DNA of 64,000 nucleotides, from positions 224,075,741-224,139,740 of the forward strand of contig CM041465.1 in assembly GCA_023213395.1 (NCBI GenBank), read 5' to 3'. Shown in pieces: positions 13,371 to 26,839 of this stretch. The notes under the pieces are model-generated. The model was not told the DNA's origin, did not search any database, and worked only from the letters and a program-made list of their open reading frames with translations. A program made the position numbers and the translations under genes. Source of the stretch: Cycas panzhihuaensis (Eukaryota > Plantae > Cycadophyta). Numbering within the stretch: position 1 is the first letter of the stretch; each line of letters begins with the position of its first letter.

Positions 13371-14699
13371 TTGGGTTGTATCCTTATGTATAGTTTTTTT
13401 ATATATGATAGTACCATATCCTGGTTGACTTTTATATGAAGCCTTGCATGTGAATGATCCTAAGATCTATGGATTATGAACTTTAGTTATTGGAGGTCAT
13501 TGATCCTACTTGTATATTTTATCCATGTGAAGTTGTCCTCAAAAGGGGAAATAATGGGATGACGTTAGCTTGGGCGAGGGGCACAAATTTGGAGGTATAG
13601 ATGATGTATCTTAGTTCTATAATTATTAGGAGGGGATATAAGGAGCAAGGATGTAGATAACGAGATTTGAATTAATGGGCACATCAAGTAATAGATATGA
13701 GGTTTAGTTAGGGGTGCAAGGTGAAGGTGTATCAAGGGTAGGAATGAAATGAAATGCAAAGATTTATAGAGAGATGAGGGATGTGAATCCAAGGAGCAAA
13801 TTGATGGTAAGTAACAAGGAAAGTTAAGAGAATAAAGAATAAGAAGATAAGAACAACAATGTAGGGGATGTTACATGTGTTTATTATAGACATGAACTAT
13901 GTAAAAGATATGCACAAGGAATGAAGAGCAAGGTAGTGGTAGTAAGTGAATAGTAAGATGAACTAAGGGCATATAGAGGAAAGGGGTAAGGAATGAAGGT
14001 TGAAGTAGGCATGATAAGGGATTAAAATAATGCATTTTAAGGATGAAGTTAGGGGGTAACCTATATAGAAAAATTAAGAATCTAGATATATAAAGAAAGG
14101 GATGGATAACTAGTAAACAAAAGAGATATATGGAAAATGAAAATGATGGCCTAAGCAATGCAAGATAAATGTCATGCGATTTATAAATAATCTTAGGGGA
14201 TAAGGATTTTTTTAGAGGTGAATTGAGGATAAAAGCTAGCTAATCTTTATAGAAAATATATCTTGATAAGGGCATCTTGTTGAAGTTGTTTAATTACTTG
14301 AACTTTTCTCAATATGCTCATACTTTTCTTCAACCTGCTTGATGGATTCAACCTTATTGAATCCTTGCATCTCAATTGATTCATCTTCTGATTACTCATT
14401 ATTTCATTCATCTTACTCTATGTTGGGCTCCTATATATACTACACTTTTTTCTTTTCAAGTTGCTCTCCTATGGACTATTCTTAGTGTTAATCATGCACC
14501 CATGTTGGATCCACTTTAATTTCTTATTCTCAATCCTTCTTTTGACATGTTCCTTTAAATTCATAATAATTCCTTGAATTCTATTTTCACATTCGTCTGC
14601 TTATTTCCTTAATTATCCTTGAGCTTTTAAGGACTATTGTTTAACCTATTTTAATTCTTATATTTTTGCTAAAAACTTATTGCATTATTTCACATCATC

Positions 14700-14983
14700 T
14701 ATGTGTAATCGAGATTCTAAGTGTCTTCAAATTGCTCACATATTAGACACCTAAAGAATGACTAATTGAAGTGGGTTGCGTGCTCGTAGTCTTAAGGCGA
14801 CTACGTGATCCAATGGAATGCTTTATTACTTAGGTGTTGGGATGAAAAGAGAATCTCGTCATTTTCACTTATATGGAGGATGTCAAAATATGTGTTGACC
14901 TTCATCAACCATTCTCTCACATCTATACCTTCATTAGGATTTAAAAAATTATAAATGAATTTCCATGTTTGTCTAATATCCAT
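14700..14983 (-). pseudogene. Gypsy gag remnant of element A
   Basis: FLNPNEGIDVREWLMKVNTYFDILHISENDEILFSSQHLSNKAFHW resembles the Ty3/Gypsy retrotransposon gag N-terminal region. Confidence 0.7.
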
Positions 14984-15863
14984 ATGGATATTATTACTAC
15001 CATAAGGAGTGGCTCAATCTAAGTGTGATACTAGAGATATTCTAGCATGGATGCATAAATCTTGGTAAACATGTAGAAACAAAAAAAGAAACACTAAAAT
15101 TGGGCTATGCATGGCAAAGTTTTAATTGTTTGAATGCCAATTAAAAAGAATATAAAAGCTCCTTAAAACACTTCAATCAAATTCAGGAATTAAAATTGAT
15201 AGCTATATAACTTTAAAAATGGTCATGTATATATCCAAATCAAAGGTGTTAAAGTGTAGATTTCAATAAAATAAATGGTACTTAATTCCTAGCTTGTAAC
15301 TAAAATATATAACAATTTAAGTATAGACAAGTACTAAAAGATGGGTGAGAGGCTAAAAGTTTAGTTTAAGCACCCTTTGGTTAAATGGCTAATCATATAG
15401 AGAAGACCATATGACCATAAATATTTAGTAGGGGGTAGACTAAAAAAAAAATCCAATTAAATTTTATTTCTTTCAATTTTAGAAAAATCTTAACAATTTT
15501 CTTTTGTAATTTACTCTTAATAAAATGATAGTGGATCTATGCCTATTACATGCCAAATTTTAATTGGTAGTGCCTTAAAATGAGATTTTATAGGGATATC
15601 TAAAGATTTAATGGTGTTCCATTGGGAATGGCAATCATGTTTAAGGGTTTTCTCACATTTGAGGAATTACATAATTCGTATAGAGTGTATGAGATACACT
15701 CAAAACCTATGGCACTCCAATGCTATCCACAATTTACTCGATGATCACAACTTTTTCCCTATAGCCTATGATATTCTCCAAGGAAGACAAATGAATTATA
15801 ATAGTGCCTAATAATGATTCAAAGGTTCCCATGAACTTCTAAGTTAAGATGGACACCCACTAG

Positions 15864-15875
15864 GCTCTAATACCA
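15864..15875 (-). promoter_or_regulatory. tRNA-iMet primer-binding site of element A
   Basis: TGGTATTAGAGC on minus, one change from TGGTATCAGAGC, 2 nt from the LTR. Confidence 0.85.
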
Positions 15876-15877
15876 CT

Positions 15878-16115
15878 TGCTACAAATACATGAGGATTTT
15901 ATAGCTCTCCCACTATAAAATAATCATAAAATATCAAATATAATTATAAATAATAGTAAAAGTGTAAAAGAAATGAAGGAAGGATAAATGCTTAGCCCTC
16001 TTTGAGGCAAGGATGCCTCCAAGTAAGTGTTATTGCATATGGTTGACTTCCAATAGGTCAAGTAACTCTAATGATACTCAAATCTTATCTAAGAGTATAA
16101 TAAATACCCATAAAT
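15878..16115 (-). repeat. 5' LTR of element A, larger part (remainder at 29322-29366)
   Basis: Colinear with 12905-13142; interrupted at cccaTAAAT by Copia B. Confidence 0.9.
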
Positions 16116-16451
16116 TTTGAATTTAAAATTAGGAACGAGCTAAGAAAGAATTACAAACACATAAACTTTTTAGTAAAATTGGTTTACCTTCAAATTTTTT
16201 CATTCATTAAGAATTACTCAAAATGCATACATATAAATCAATATACACATTAATATAAGCGAGATGAATAACAATCCAACAATGATATATAACTACCTTA
16301 ACACATGTTACACACCTATTATATAATTATGTAACTTTTAGGACATCTCACCAATTAAATGATGACACTCTGACTCACCAAGATAACCTAAACACCTAGT
16401 AGGACTTATAACCTAAGTTTTAACCTAATAAAGTAAACATTAATTTTAACA
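16116..16451 (-). repeat. 3' LTR of Copia B (336 bp)
   Basis: Colinear with 28978-29316; next to PPT ctccccctt. Confidence 0.9.
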
Positions 16452-16573
16452 CTCCCCCTTAAAACTTACATCATTGGCTTTGACTCCAATACAAAATCTA
16501 AATTTATCTATAGATAAGGGTTTGGTGAAATTACCTACTATTTCTTGGTTACCAAGAATGGATTAGGAGATTG

Positions 16574-17667
16574 TGATGCAAGTAAGTGTAGGTATGTATC
16601 TTTATCTTGCATTTTGTCACATCCTTTATGATTGATGCTTCATGTGATTCTTGTGTGACTACTTGATGCATTATTATTTAGTTTGCTTGGCTTTCTTGTG
16701 TCTATCTTATGACGATGATGACCAAGACTCTGATCCAATGGCTCTAAAGCCCCCATCATGGTCTTTTGGTCAGCAAGATGACTTTTTAGTGTTCTTGTAA
16801 CTTCATTTCTATATGATTTTGACTTATCATTACCCATTTATTTTATTCTCTTGCCCTTATTGCATGCGGTTAATCACTTAGAGGCCTTAGGGCTAGTCTG
16901 CAAGAATTTGGGATGGGAGTTTGAAGCCTTTTTGTCAACTTTTCACCAATTTTTATGTCTTTTTATCATCCTGCGATGATTGTTGTTTGTACCATGCTAA
17001 TTATTGTCTACCCTGTGAACTATCTTGTGGTACTACAGAAAACTTTGTGATGTAATTGTTACTTCGATAGACGTAGCTAGTAAAGTTCAAATTTGGCAAT
17101 TAATACACCCTTGACATTGCCAGTCATTTGTTGACATGCTTAGATTGAGGTGCAATAGTCTCAAACAACATTCCATATAATAAAAGCCCCACTTTATTTG
17201 AATTTAGGGATCTTTTGGCTAACTCTTGACAGGAAACAAATAAAAAAACTCATTCTTGGAGAAAAGAGACAATAGAATTTAGATTTCAGAATAAAGGTAC
17301 TTTAAAATCTCCTTCTATAATCATCAAAACTCTCTCTTCTCTCTCAGATCTGAAGAGCTTCACTAAAGACACTCTTCCAAGAGTTGCAAGTGATATTTTC
17401 TCATCAATTCAACCACAAACACCAAGTTTTCTTGAATGAAGTGTGTAAGATCCATACATACTTTTGTTTCTCAATGAGAGCTTTTATTGATTAGCTTTGA
17501 TTTCAATTATCCAATTAATTTATATTTTGTTTCTTAGCTTGAAGATTATAGTTCATAGCTTTTACGAACTTCTTTCCTTTGGAATCTTGAAGGAACTAGC
17601 TTGTATGAACTAGAAACTCCCCACAATTATCATCACAGTATTAGAGGAGGAAGTGAGTGACATATCA
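16574..17667 (+). mobile_element. Possible solo LTR (~1.1 kb) inside Copia B
   Basis: Non-Copia sequence bounded by TGATG...TATCA, with a TATA-like motif (~17177) and a CT-rich tract (~17330). No PBS follows it and the TSD is imperfect. Confidence 0.35.
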
Positions 17668-20600
17668 ATTATTTTAAGGAGTTTAGAGAAGTGTAATAAG
17701 TACAAGTGCCAACATTTGCACCCCCTACTCATTAGGTAATCCCCTCCCAAATCGCACGGTGTTAAATCTCAAGGTGCATGCACCTCCCACTATGATATTT
17801 AGCCATGTTGCCATATGATTTTATGAGCACACACTGCTAATCTTTAGAGAACCCATCTCACCTTTGCATCATACCTTTCTCTTAGCTAGTTATTTGAGTT
17901 GTAGGACCGAGAATCCCTTCTTGACTCCACTAGGGAGACCACCCTCATTGGGAGGCAAGCGCCATCCTGAGGCATTCCCCTCATCCCCCTTTCCTTCATT
18001 CTTCACACTTTTTATATACTTAAGACTTTCTTGTAAAAAGGGTTAACATTTGCTTGTGATGTTTATTTCTTTTACTTGGCTGAAAGTATAATATAATTTA
18101 TAAAATATACATGTTTATATATATATTGCAAACATCTCTTTTAGATAGTATTTTGCTTTATACATGTAGGGTGGAGAGCATACCTCTCCAACATAGCCAA
18201 TAAGGCACAAAGAGGATCTCATCCCCCAAGGTAAGCAACAATTTGTATCTTAGCATTTCGTTTCCTTTCATGTACATTGTTTTCTTGTTTGCTCTATATA
18301 GACTTCCTCCATAAGATCTCCACTAAGGTAGGCACTTTTGACATCAAGTTAGTATAGTTTCTATTTGAATTAAGCACATGTTGCCAATATTAGTCTAATA
18401 GTTACCATCTTTACTCCTATAGTAAATGTCTCTTAGTAATCAATACCTTTTATGTACTTGAAACCCTTGGCAACTAATCTAGCTTTGTAATTATCAATTA
18501 GGCCATCAAATTTGTATTTGGTTTTGTAGACCCATTTAAATCAATTGCTTATTTACCTATTAGTAATTCAAGTAAGTTCTAAGTTCTAAAATATTTCACA
18601 ATATGGATTTCAATATCCATTGTTATTCTCTATTAAGTACATATGCTATTAAGGCTTATTGGCATTAAGCATATATGCCATTAAAGAAAAGTTAATTATG
18701 TTAGGTCTCATTACTAATTTATGCCCACCTATAGTCTCAAGTAACTAATCTTTTATTATAGTTTTCAAATACCATTTAGGAAGGTTTTTAGCAAGTGGAG
18801 TGATCTTAAGCTATAATTCAGGTTATAATTCTTTAGATTGTGCATCTTGACACTCCTCCTCATCACCTTTCAATTCATATTTAGTCAAAGGATTAACTAG
18901 CTCTTACTTAGGTTTAGGTTCAATAAATTGCTATCATGAAGAACTATAATATGGTTGTTCCTTGATCTACTTTCCTTTAGCTTGCTATATCTTTAAAGTG
19001 TTTAGGTTTGTATCTTGCTTATCACCTTCTTTAAACATGACATCTTAAGTTACATGAACCTTTCTAATTTCCAACTCAATATCTAGTATGCTTTGCTTTC
19101 TTCATTGTCCTTGATGAATATATATTTAAACTCTTGTCATTAAGCTTATAACATTTTTCCTTTAGAATGAGCATGCATGTAATGATCCCAAAGATTCTTA
19201 GATGGATTATAGTTAGTTTTCTACCTGGCCATATTTCTATGAGTGTCATGTTCCAGATAGCCTTTGTAGAACTTTAATTAATCACATAAATTATTATACA
19301 AAGAACTTCTACCCCAAAAGATTCTAAGAGATTTCTCTCTTTCATCACTAACTTACCCTTTTTTATTAAAGTCCTATTTATCCTTCCAACAACTATATTC
19401 CACTAAGGTGTGTGTATTATCAACAATTATTTCTTGATTCCATGGTTATTATAGAACTATACAAAGGCTTTGGAGTTATATTCTCTCCTATTATCTAATT
19501 TGAGGATTTTCAATCTCTTATCAATCTTGTTCTCCACTTGCTCTTTGAATTCTTTAAAAATATCAAAAGTCTAAGATTTCCTCTTTATGAAATAGATCCA
19601 AACTTTGATAAAAAAAGTCATCACTAAAGGCCAAGAAATATCTTACACTTCTAATAGAAGTGGTTAGCATCAAACCATAGATATATGAGTGGACAAGGCT
19701 AAGTTTTTTCATTTCTCTTTAAGCTTTACCTTTCTAGAACTTCTCCCTACATTGTTTCCCCATGATGTAAGGTTCAGATACATTATTCATTAGTTTAAAT
19801 TTTAGAAGACCATGAAGCATACTTAGTTTATATATTAAATAAAAATAAGAGCATCTCAAATATCTCATTCTTTCATGTCATAATTGATTTTTATATGTTA
19901 CATAAATAATAAGAGCTCTTTGGTTTACATATTTACCTAAAGTCTATAAAGACCACCATCCCTAATACCTTTAACTATCACTTTTCCATCAAAGTCAATG
20001 ACAATAGTCTTTCCATTCTTGAAGGGAACACTCATCTTGTTGTCTTTAATCTGATTAATAAAAATCAAATTATTTTTTGAACATGGTATATACATCACAT
20101 CATCCATATAATAGTCTTCTCTATCAAATGCAATGATTAGAACCTCTCATATTCCTCTTGCCTTTAATATCATATCATCTCCCAAAGTGACTATATATCT
20201 AATATCCTCCTATATGTATTTGGACCATTTAATTCTGCCCATCATGTATCTAAAAGCTTTTAAATTAGTGTACCAAATATCATATGTTTTTTGACTTGTT
20301 TATGAAGTTGCCATGAAAAGTTCTTTTCCCTTATCACTTAAGATTGTAGTATAACTAGAACTGTGTCCTACCCATAGTTTCTTCCTCTCCTAATTCTATT
20401 TATCACTCTTCTAATTTTGGTGATCAATTTGTAACATCCTATAATCTCTTTTAAAATGACCTGGTTTGTTGTAATAATAACAAAACTTTGGTTATCCCTT
20501 CTAAGCAATCTATTATTGTAAACTATTCTTATTCTTGGGAATGACTGGTTTCTTTTCTTTTGATCTAGCTAAAAATACCCCAAAAGATTCTCCAACAATA

Positions 20601-21236
20601 TTATCCTTGAAGGTGATAGGAAGTTTTGATACTCAAAGAATCGAGCGAACGGCGAAGGAGCGAACGGCGAGGGCGAACGATAATCTGAGAACCCTACTCG
20701 ATCCGTAGGCGGCGTCGTGCACAGCCTGGCGGGCCGGCTAGGACTCTTCGCAGCAGGCTTCACAGACGGGGGGGGGGGGATCCCCCCAGAATCAACTGGG
20801 TATGGCAGGCGCCCATGGCTCGTGTGGGTGATGTAGGAAATCTGAGGTGGATAGGGAAACCCCAGTTCCAGTTCCAGGGAGAGGTGGAGGCGCCGATGGT
20901 TTAGCCGGGGCAGTTTCATCTAGGGTGGACATAGGAGTCTCTAGTAGCAATCGGGGAAGGGTGAGGTTTTGCCAGAGCAAACTCCTAAAGAGAAATGTGC
21001 AAATCGGTTTGAGCAGCGCCTGTGAAGGAGTTAGCACGAGAGGAAGGCCGGCGCTTTTTGAGCCACTGCGCACAGATAGGGTTTCAGCAAGCCAGTGAGG
21101 GGCTGATCTTGTGGAAGGAGGCAAGTTCGTTTCTTGATCTTTCCATGTTGTGTTATTTTTTCCTTCTAATATAATGCAATCTACTTCAATGTCTGATCCT
21201 CTTCACCGGGGAGGACATACATAGAAGCACTGAGAA

Positions 21237-22636
21237 ATGGAAACCAAACCGAGCCAGAAATTTACCCTATCAAAGTTGGTAACAGATACAAACTATCAAT
21301 CCCTAAAGAGATTACAGAGCAAACTATTCAATATTGGGAGAATAGCCTGGTGGGAAGGTTTTCCGGTCCCAGGCCAGGGCTGGATGTTATTCGGGAATGG
21401 GTCCGGAACAAATGGAAAACCAGGCATCCAGTTTAGGTCATGGCGATGCCGAAAGGCTGTGTACTTTTTAGGTTTGCTACCCAGGAGGACCTGATTTTAA
21501 TCTTGCTCAAATCCCCCTGGATGTTCGGGAGAAAGGCTATGACAGTGGAAAAGTGGAGCCCAGACTTCGATCCTGGGAGCCCGGTGATCAAACAAGCCCC
21601 GATCTGGGTGCAGATGCCTAGGCTTCCCTTGCACTTCTAGAATTCGGTGGTGGTTAAAGGGGCGACCAGGATGATTGGGCCCCTTTTGGCAATGGATTCG
21701 GCGACTAGACATAGATCCTGCCTCATGAACGCAAGATTCTGCGTCTTGGCTAGAATGGATAATGAGCTCCCAGAAGAGATCGAGATTGAATCTGACGGTA
21801 GGTCAATTATTCAAAGTTTATACTATGAAGTGGAAGGCTTCAAATGTGATAAGTGTAAAAACTGGGGGCACCTTCCATCCCGGTGCCCAGGAGTGCCCGC
21901 TAGGGAGGAGAAGCAGATGGAAACCAAAGGGAAGGAGGGCGTAGATGTTGGAGTGATCAGGGAGGAGAGCACGGGTATAGGTCCCGTAGAGATAGGCAAG
22001 GTCGAGGCCAGCCCAGGATGTACTACCGCAGGTCCGTCTAGCGGTATGGCTTTGGTGGAGGAGCAGGTACTGGATGTGGTTTGCCCCCCAGAAACCGATG
22101 GGGTAAAGCTAGTTGAGGGGGCTTGTGATGGAGCTGCGGGGGCTAGCGGGGGGGACAAGGGGGATGTTAGGAGCCCGGTGGAAGAAGGTCGCCCTGCCGC
22201 GGAAGTGGATCCTCTAGCTACGCCGCAGGTTGTCGGGAGCTCGAAGGGAGATGGTGAGCTCTCCATCACGCCAGCTCTGGCTCAGGCTATGAAGATCATT
22301 AACTGGGACTTATAGGATGACCTCTTAGAGCTGGAGGAGGGTTCCCGGGAGACCCCAGAGGCGGGGGGTCTAGGTTCTGTTGTAGTTACGGCTTCTTCTG
22401 GTGCCGGGGCTAGGGTCATGGACCAGGAGAAGGGTGGAGGGGGGTTCCGCAAATGGGTATCCAAACTGGAGCAAAAGAAGGCTCCAGATTATGGGGTGGA
22501 GAAGAAGGTGGGCAAGCCCCCTAAGAAGACGACTAGAGATAAGGATACTCAAGCTCAGATTGATATGGGCCTTCAGGCAACGTTAAAGGAAGGGGGGGTA
22601 CTAGAGGGTCCCACCCTGAGAAGTAGAAAGGGTTGA
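21237..22636 (+). pseudogene. LINE ORF1 (DUF4283 + zinc knuckle), disrupted
   Basis: WENSLVGRF...KGCVLFRF...PWMFG...VEKWSPDFDP...PIWVQMPRLPLHF and CDKCKNWGHLPSRC. In-frame TAG stops and a frameshift near 21300. Confidence 0.9.
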
Positions 22637-22662
22637 GGTGAGGTGGGGTCGCGGGGGTCTCC

Positions 22663-25600
22663 ATGAAAGTCCTATCATGGAACATTAGGGGCCTAAACGC
22701 CCCTTCGAAACAGCATTTGGTAAGGACCCTAAGGTTGAGGAATGAGGCGGATATTGTCCTCTTGCAGGAGACCAAATTGGATCAGGCTAAGGAGAAAGAG
22801 GTGCTCAAAAAGATTTGGAGCAGGGGAGAGGGTAGAGCAGTGGCAGTCGGTGGTTGGAGGGTTGGTTTCCCTCTAGAACCCAAATAAGTGGAAAGCCCAT
22901 TTGGCAAGACAGCATGAGTTCTTCTTAACTGTGGGCCTGGTTAGCTTGTGGTCCAACAAAGAGTTCTGGATCACTAATGTTTACACCCCCACAACTGAGG
23001 GGGCTAGGAAGCTATTATGAGAAAGATTGGTGGAGTCCTATAAGGACTGGGGCCACAGTTGGTGGCAGGGGACTTCAATACGCCTTTGTGTCCGGAAGAG
23101 AAATCCGGCGGGCATTCTGGTTGGACCAGAAGTATGGCTGACCTTGGAGATTTCCTTCAAGTGGGAGGCTTGATGGATGTCCCCCTTGGTGGGGCCAGGT
23201 TTACATGGTCTAATAGGCGTATAGGCCATAATCACATCCAAAGCAGACTAGATAGGGTGCTAATTAACTATGAGTGGTCCTGTCATATCGAAGGAACCAA
23301 AGTAGTGGCTCTTTCGAAAATCGGTTCAAATCACACTCCTTTATTGCTCGAAGGATTCATCCCTGGAAATCATAAAGGGGCCCCTTTTCGTTTTGAACTT
23401 ATGTGGCAAAAACACCTGGATCTCAAGGATCGGATTGGTGAGTGGTGGGGTGTTAGAGTTCTCGGGTCTGCTATGTATAGGTTCTCCAGGAAGCTAAATT
23501 GGGTCAAAAGACAAGTTAAGATTTGGAACAAGGAAATTTTTGGAAACATATTTGAAGGCAAAGCTGCCTTGTTGATGGAGCTCAATCGGATCGAGGACAG
23601 GATAGAAGTGGAAGGCAGGACCCAGATCCTGGACCAAATGGAACATAGCACCTCAAGAATTCTAGATGAGGTGCTGGCTAGGGAGGAGATTCACTGGAAA
23701 CAGAAGTCCAGGGAGTAGTGGTTAAGGGAGGGGGACAGGAATACCAAGTTTTTTCACATGTCCACCTTGAAGCACAGGGCCCACAACAGGATCAGTAAAC
23801 TCCGTAGTAAGGATGGGGTGCTTCATGAGTCGGAGGATCAGTTTGGGAGCATCGTGATGGATTATTTTAAGGATCTTTACGCAGAGCCTGGATGCCAGGA
23901 TCCAGGGCTTAGGGAAGGTCTTTTGCATCTCATCCCGAATGTGATCACCGAGGCAATAAACAATAAGTTGTTGGAGCCGTTTACTCAGAAAGAAGTTGAG
24001 CTTGCTCTATTTAGTATGGGTAGAGATAAGGCTCCTGGACCGGATGGGTTCCCGCCCAGTTTTTTCTAGGATTACTGGGAGCTTATAAAGGATGATTTAT
24101 TAGCAGCGTTAAATGAATTCTTTCTTAGACGGACCATCCTGAAAGAATGGCAGGCTACCTTCCTAGTACTGATACCAAAGAAGGAGGGAGCGGAAGCGAT
24201 GGAGGATTTCAGGCCAATTAGTCTTTGCAATATTAAATACAAGATTCTTGCGAAAGTCCTAGCAAACCGTTTAAGGGAGATCCTCCCTGTTATCATATCA
24301 CAAAATCAAGATGGTTTTGTTAAGGGAAGGCAAATTATGGACGGAATTATTACAGTCCATGAAACTTTGCACTTGACCTTCCAGAGGAAAGAAGTAGGGA
24401 TGATTATCAAGACTAATATGTCCAAGGCCTATGACAGGGTGGCCTGGGATTGCCTTTTGGACTGCCTTAAAGCGTTTGGTTTTGGGGAGGTCTGGAGGGA
24501 TTGGATGAAGTGCTGCATCTCCAGGGTTTCGTTCTCAGTGATCATAAACAGGAGATCTACCCCATTTGTGCCTGGCTTTAGGGGATTAAGACAAGGCGAT
24601 CCCCTCTCACCCTTTCTGTTCATAATCATGGCTGAGCTGTTAGGGAGAGCTACTATGGAGGCCCAGAGACTGGGTTGGATTAAAGGCCTGAAGGCTACCT
24701 CTACTCTGGATAATGTTGTCCATCATCAGTTCGTGGATGACAATATCTTCTTGGGCAAGGCATCCCTGGAGGAGGCAAGGGCATTTAAAGAAGGTCTTCA
24801 AGTATATGAAAAAGCTACCAATCAGAAAATCAATCTGGAGAAGAGCTCAGTTTTCTTCATCAACACTCCGAACAGGCACCAAAGGAGGATCAGTAGGATC
24901 ATGGGGATCCCTTGCAGATCCCTCCCGGTGTCATATCTAGGTATGCCCCTCTTCGTGGGAAGGGAGAGGAAGACCCTGTGGGACTCTGTAGTGAGCAGAT
25001 TCAATAGAAAACTGGAAGGGTGGAAAGGGGTACTTCTTTGGTAGGTAAAATCCAGCTAGTGGTTGCCTCCCTCCAGAGTATCCCGGTGTACCAGATGTCG
25101 GTCTTCAAATTGCCGGAAAAGGTTATCTTTACACTAGAGGGTATTATGAGGCGATTTCTTTGGTGTGGGGCAGATGTTAAAAAGAGATTCCACCTAGTAT
25201 CCTGGGAGAAAGTGTGTAAACCTAGATGGGCGGGCGGGCTCAATGTCAGAAGACTGGGCCTCTTCAATACAGCGCTCCTGGCCAAGACAGGTTGGAGACT
25301 CACTAAGGAAGCCGAATCGGTGTGGGGGAGTATCATGACGAGAAAATACCTTAGAGGTGATCATTTCTTGGTGGGGGAGGCCCCTTGCTCCGAGGGTTCA
25401 CCAATCTGGAAAGCCATCTACTCTGCAAGGTCCTTCCTGAAAGAAGGAGTGCGATGGAAGCTGGGAAATGGGGAGAGCATAAGGTTCTGGGAAGATAAAT
25501 GGTGCGGTCCCTCTAAACTAGAGGATCTGCCTAATATTGGAGCTATGAAGAGGGTCTGTGAGACCCGTATGGGAACAGTCAAGCATTACTAGGTAGGCGT

Positions 25601-26839
25601 GAAAAGGATAGGCTATGGAGATCATTTGAGGAGTTGCAAGGTTTCGAGGAGGAGGTCCAGAGGGTGAAGAGGGTTTTGGATAACCAGTATATCCCGAAGA
25701 GACCCTCTCCTGATATGTTGATTTGGCCCTTAGCGTCTAGGGGTTCCTACACGGTCAAAGAAGGGTATAATTTGTTGGTTACCAGGGAAGGATGGACCAG
25801 GAATGATATCTTGGTCGAGTCTGAAGCCGGGATCCTTCTGAAGATCGTAGCCTTCTGGTGGCTGTGTCTGCAGAATAGGATCCTCACCTTGGACAATCTC
25901 ATGAGGAGGGGCATTCAGGTGGTCAGCAGGTGTGCACTATATAAAGAGGATGTAGAGACGCTGGATCATCTCTGTATTCATTGCCCTTACTCCATTGGTG
26001 TATGGAAAGTCATATGGGGTAGGATGGGATTGGTATGGGTTTCCTTTAGAACTCTGAGAGACCAGTGGAAGGCCTGGGTCTCTCCATTTAAGAGTAAAAC
26101 CTTGACTAAAATTTGGAAGATGATCCTGCCGGTCGGATCCTGGACTATCTGGAAAGAACGTAACAGGAGAATATTTGAAGGTAAGGAAACAGACAGGGCG
26201 ATCCTGGCGGAGGAAATCAGGAAGGGCATCATTGAAATGTTGTCTCCCCCCAAGGAGGATAAACTGGCAAAGGAGGAAGAAGGTATTCTGGTGAATTGGG
26301 GGGTGGGCCTCCCGACTCGGGGCAGAGTGAGGAGGCTAGAAACTAAGTGGTCCCCCCCGGACCTCTCCTGGGTCAAAATAAACTTTGATGGCGCAGCTAA
26401 AGGCAACCCTGGTGAGGCAGGGGGGGGAGGCCTCTGCAGGGACCACTTGGGGAAGCTAAGGTGGGCTTTTGCAGATTACCTTGGGATTCAATCGAATCAA
26501 AGAGCTGAGATATGGGCTATGCAGAGGGCGGTAGCTCTTTTAGGCGAGGAAGGCTCCCAGAAGGTAGTCATTGAAGGCGACTCCTTATATGTGATAAGCT
26601 ATTTAAGGGGGGAATCAGACCCAGGTTGGTATAATGTAGATATTGTCAGAGATGTGCAACAGGACCTGGAGACAATCAGTGAAGTCCAGATTCAACACAT
26701 TTACAGGGAAGGGAATGCGGCAGCTGATTGGTTGGCAAATTGGGCAGTGGCAAATAAGAGAGCTATGGTTTGGAAGGAGGAATTCCTGGCGAGCCTCGAG
26801 ACTGGTGAGGAAAGAAGCTTATATTGGAGTGATAGATAG
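22663..26839 (+). pseudogene. LINE ORF2 (AP endonuclease, RT, zf-RVT, RNase H), disrupted
   Basis: MKVLSWNIRGLN, AGDFN, SRLDR, KAPGPDGF, FRPISLCN, GLRQGDPLSPFLF, QFVDD, CALY...HLCIHC, KINFDGAAKGNPG...HIYREGNAAADWLA. Several stops and frameshifts. Confidence 0.95.

Noticed and set aside
20569-26406. Minus-strand ORFs within the LINE
   Set aside because: Expected antisense ORFs in GC-rich LINE sequence.
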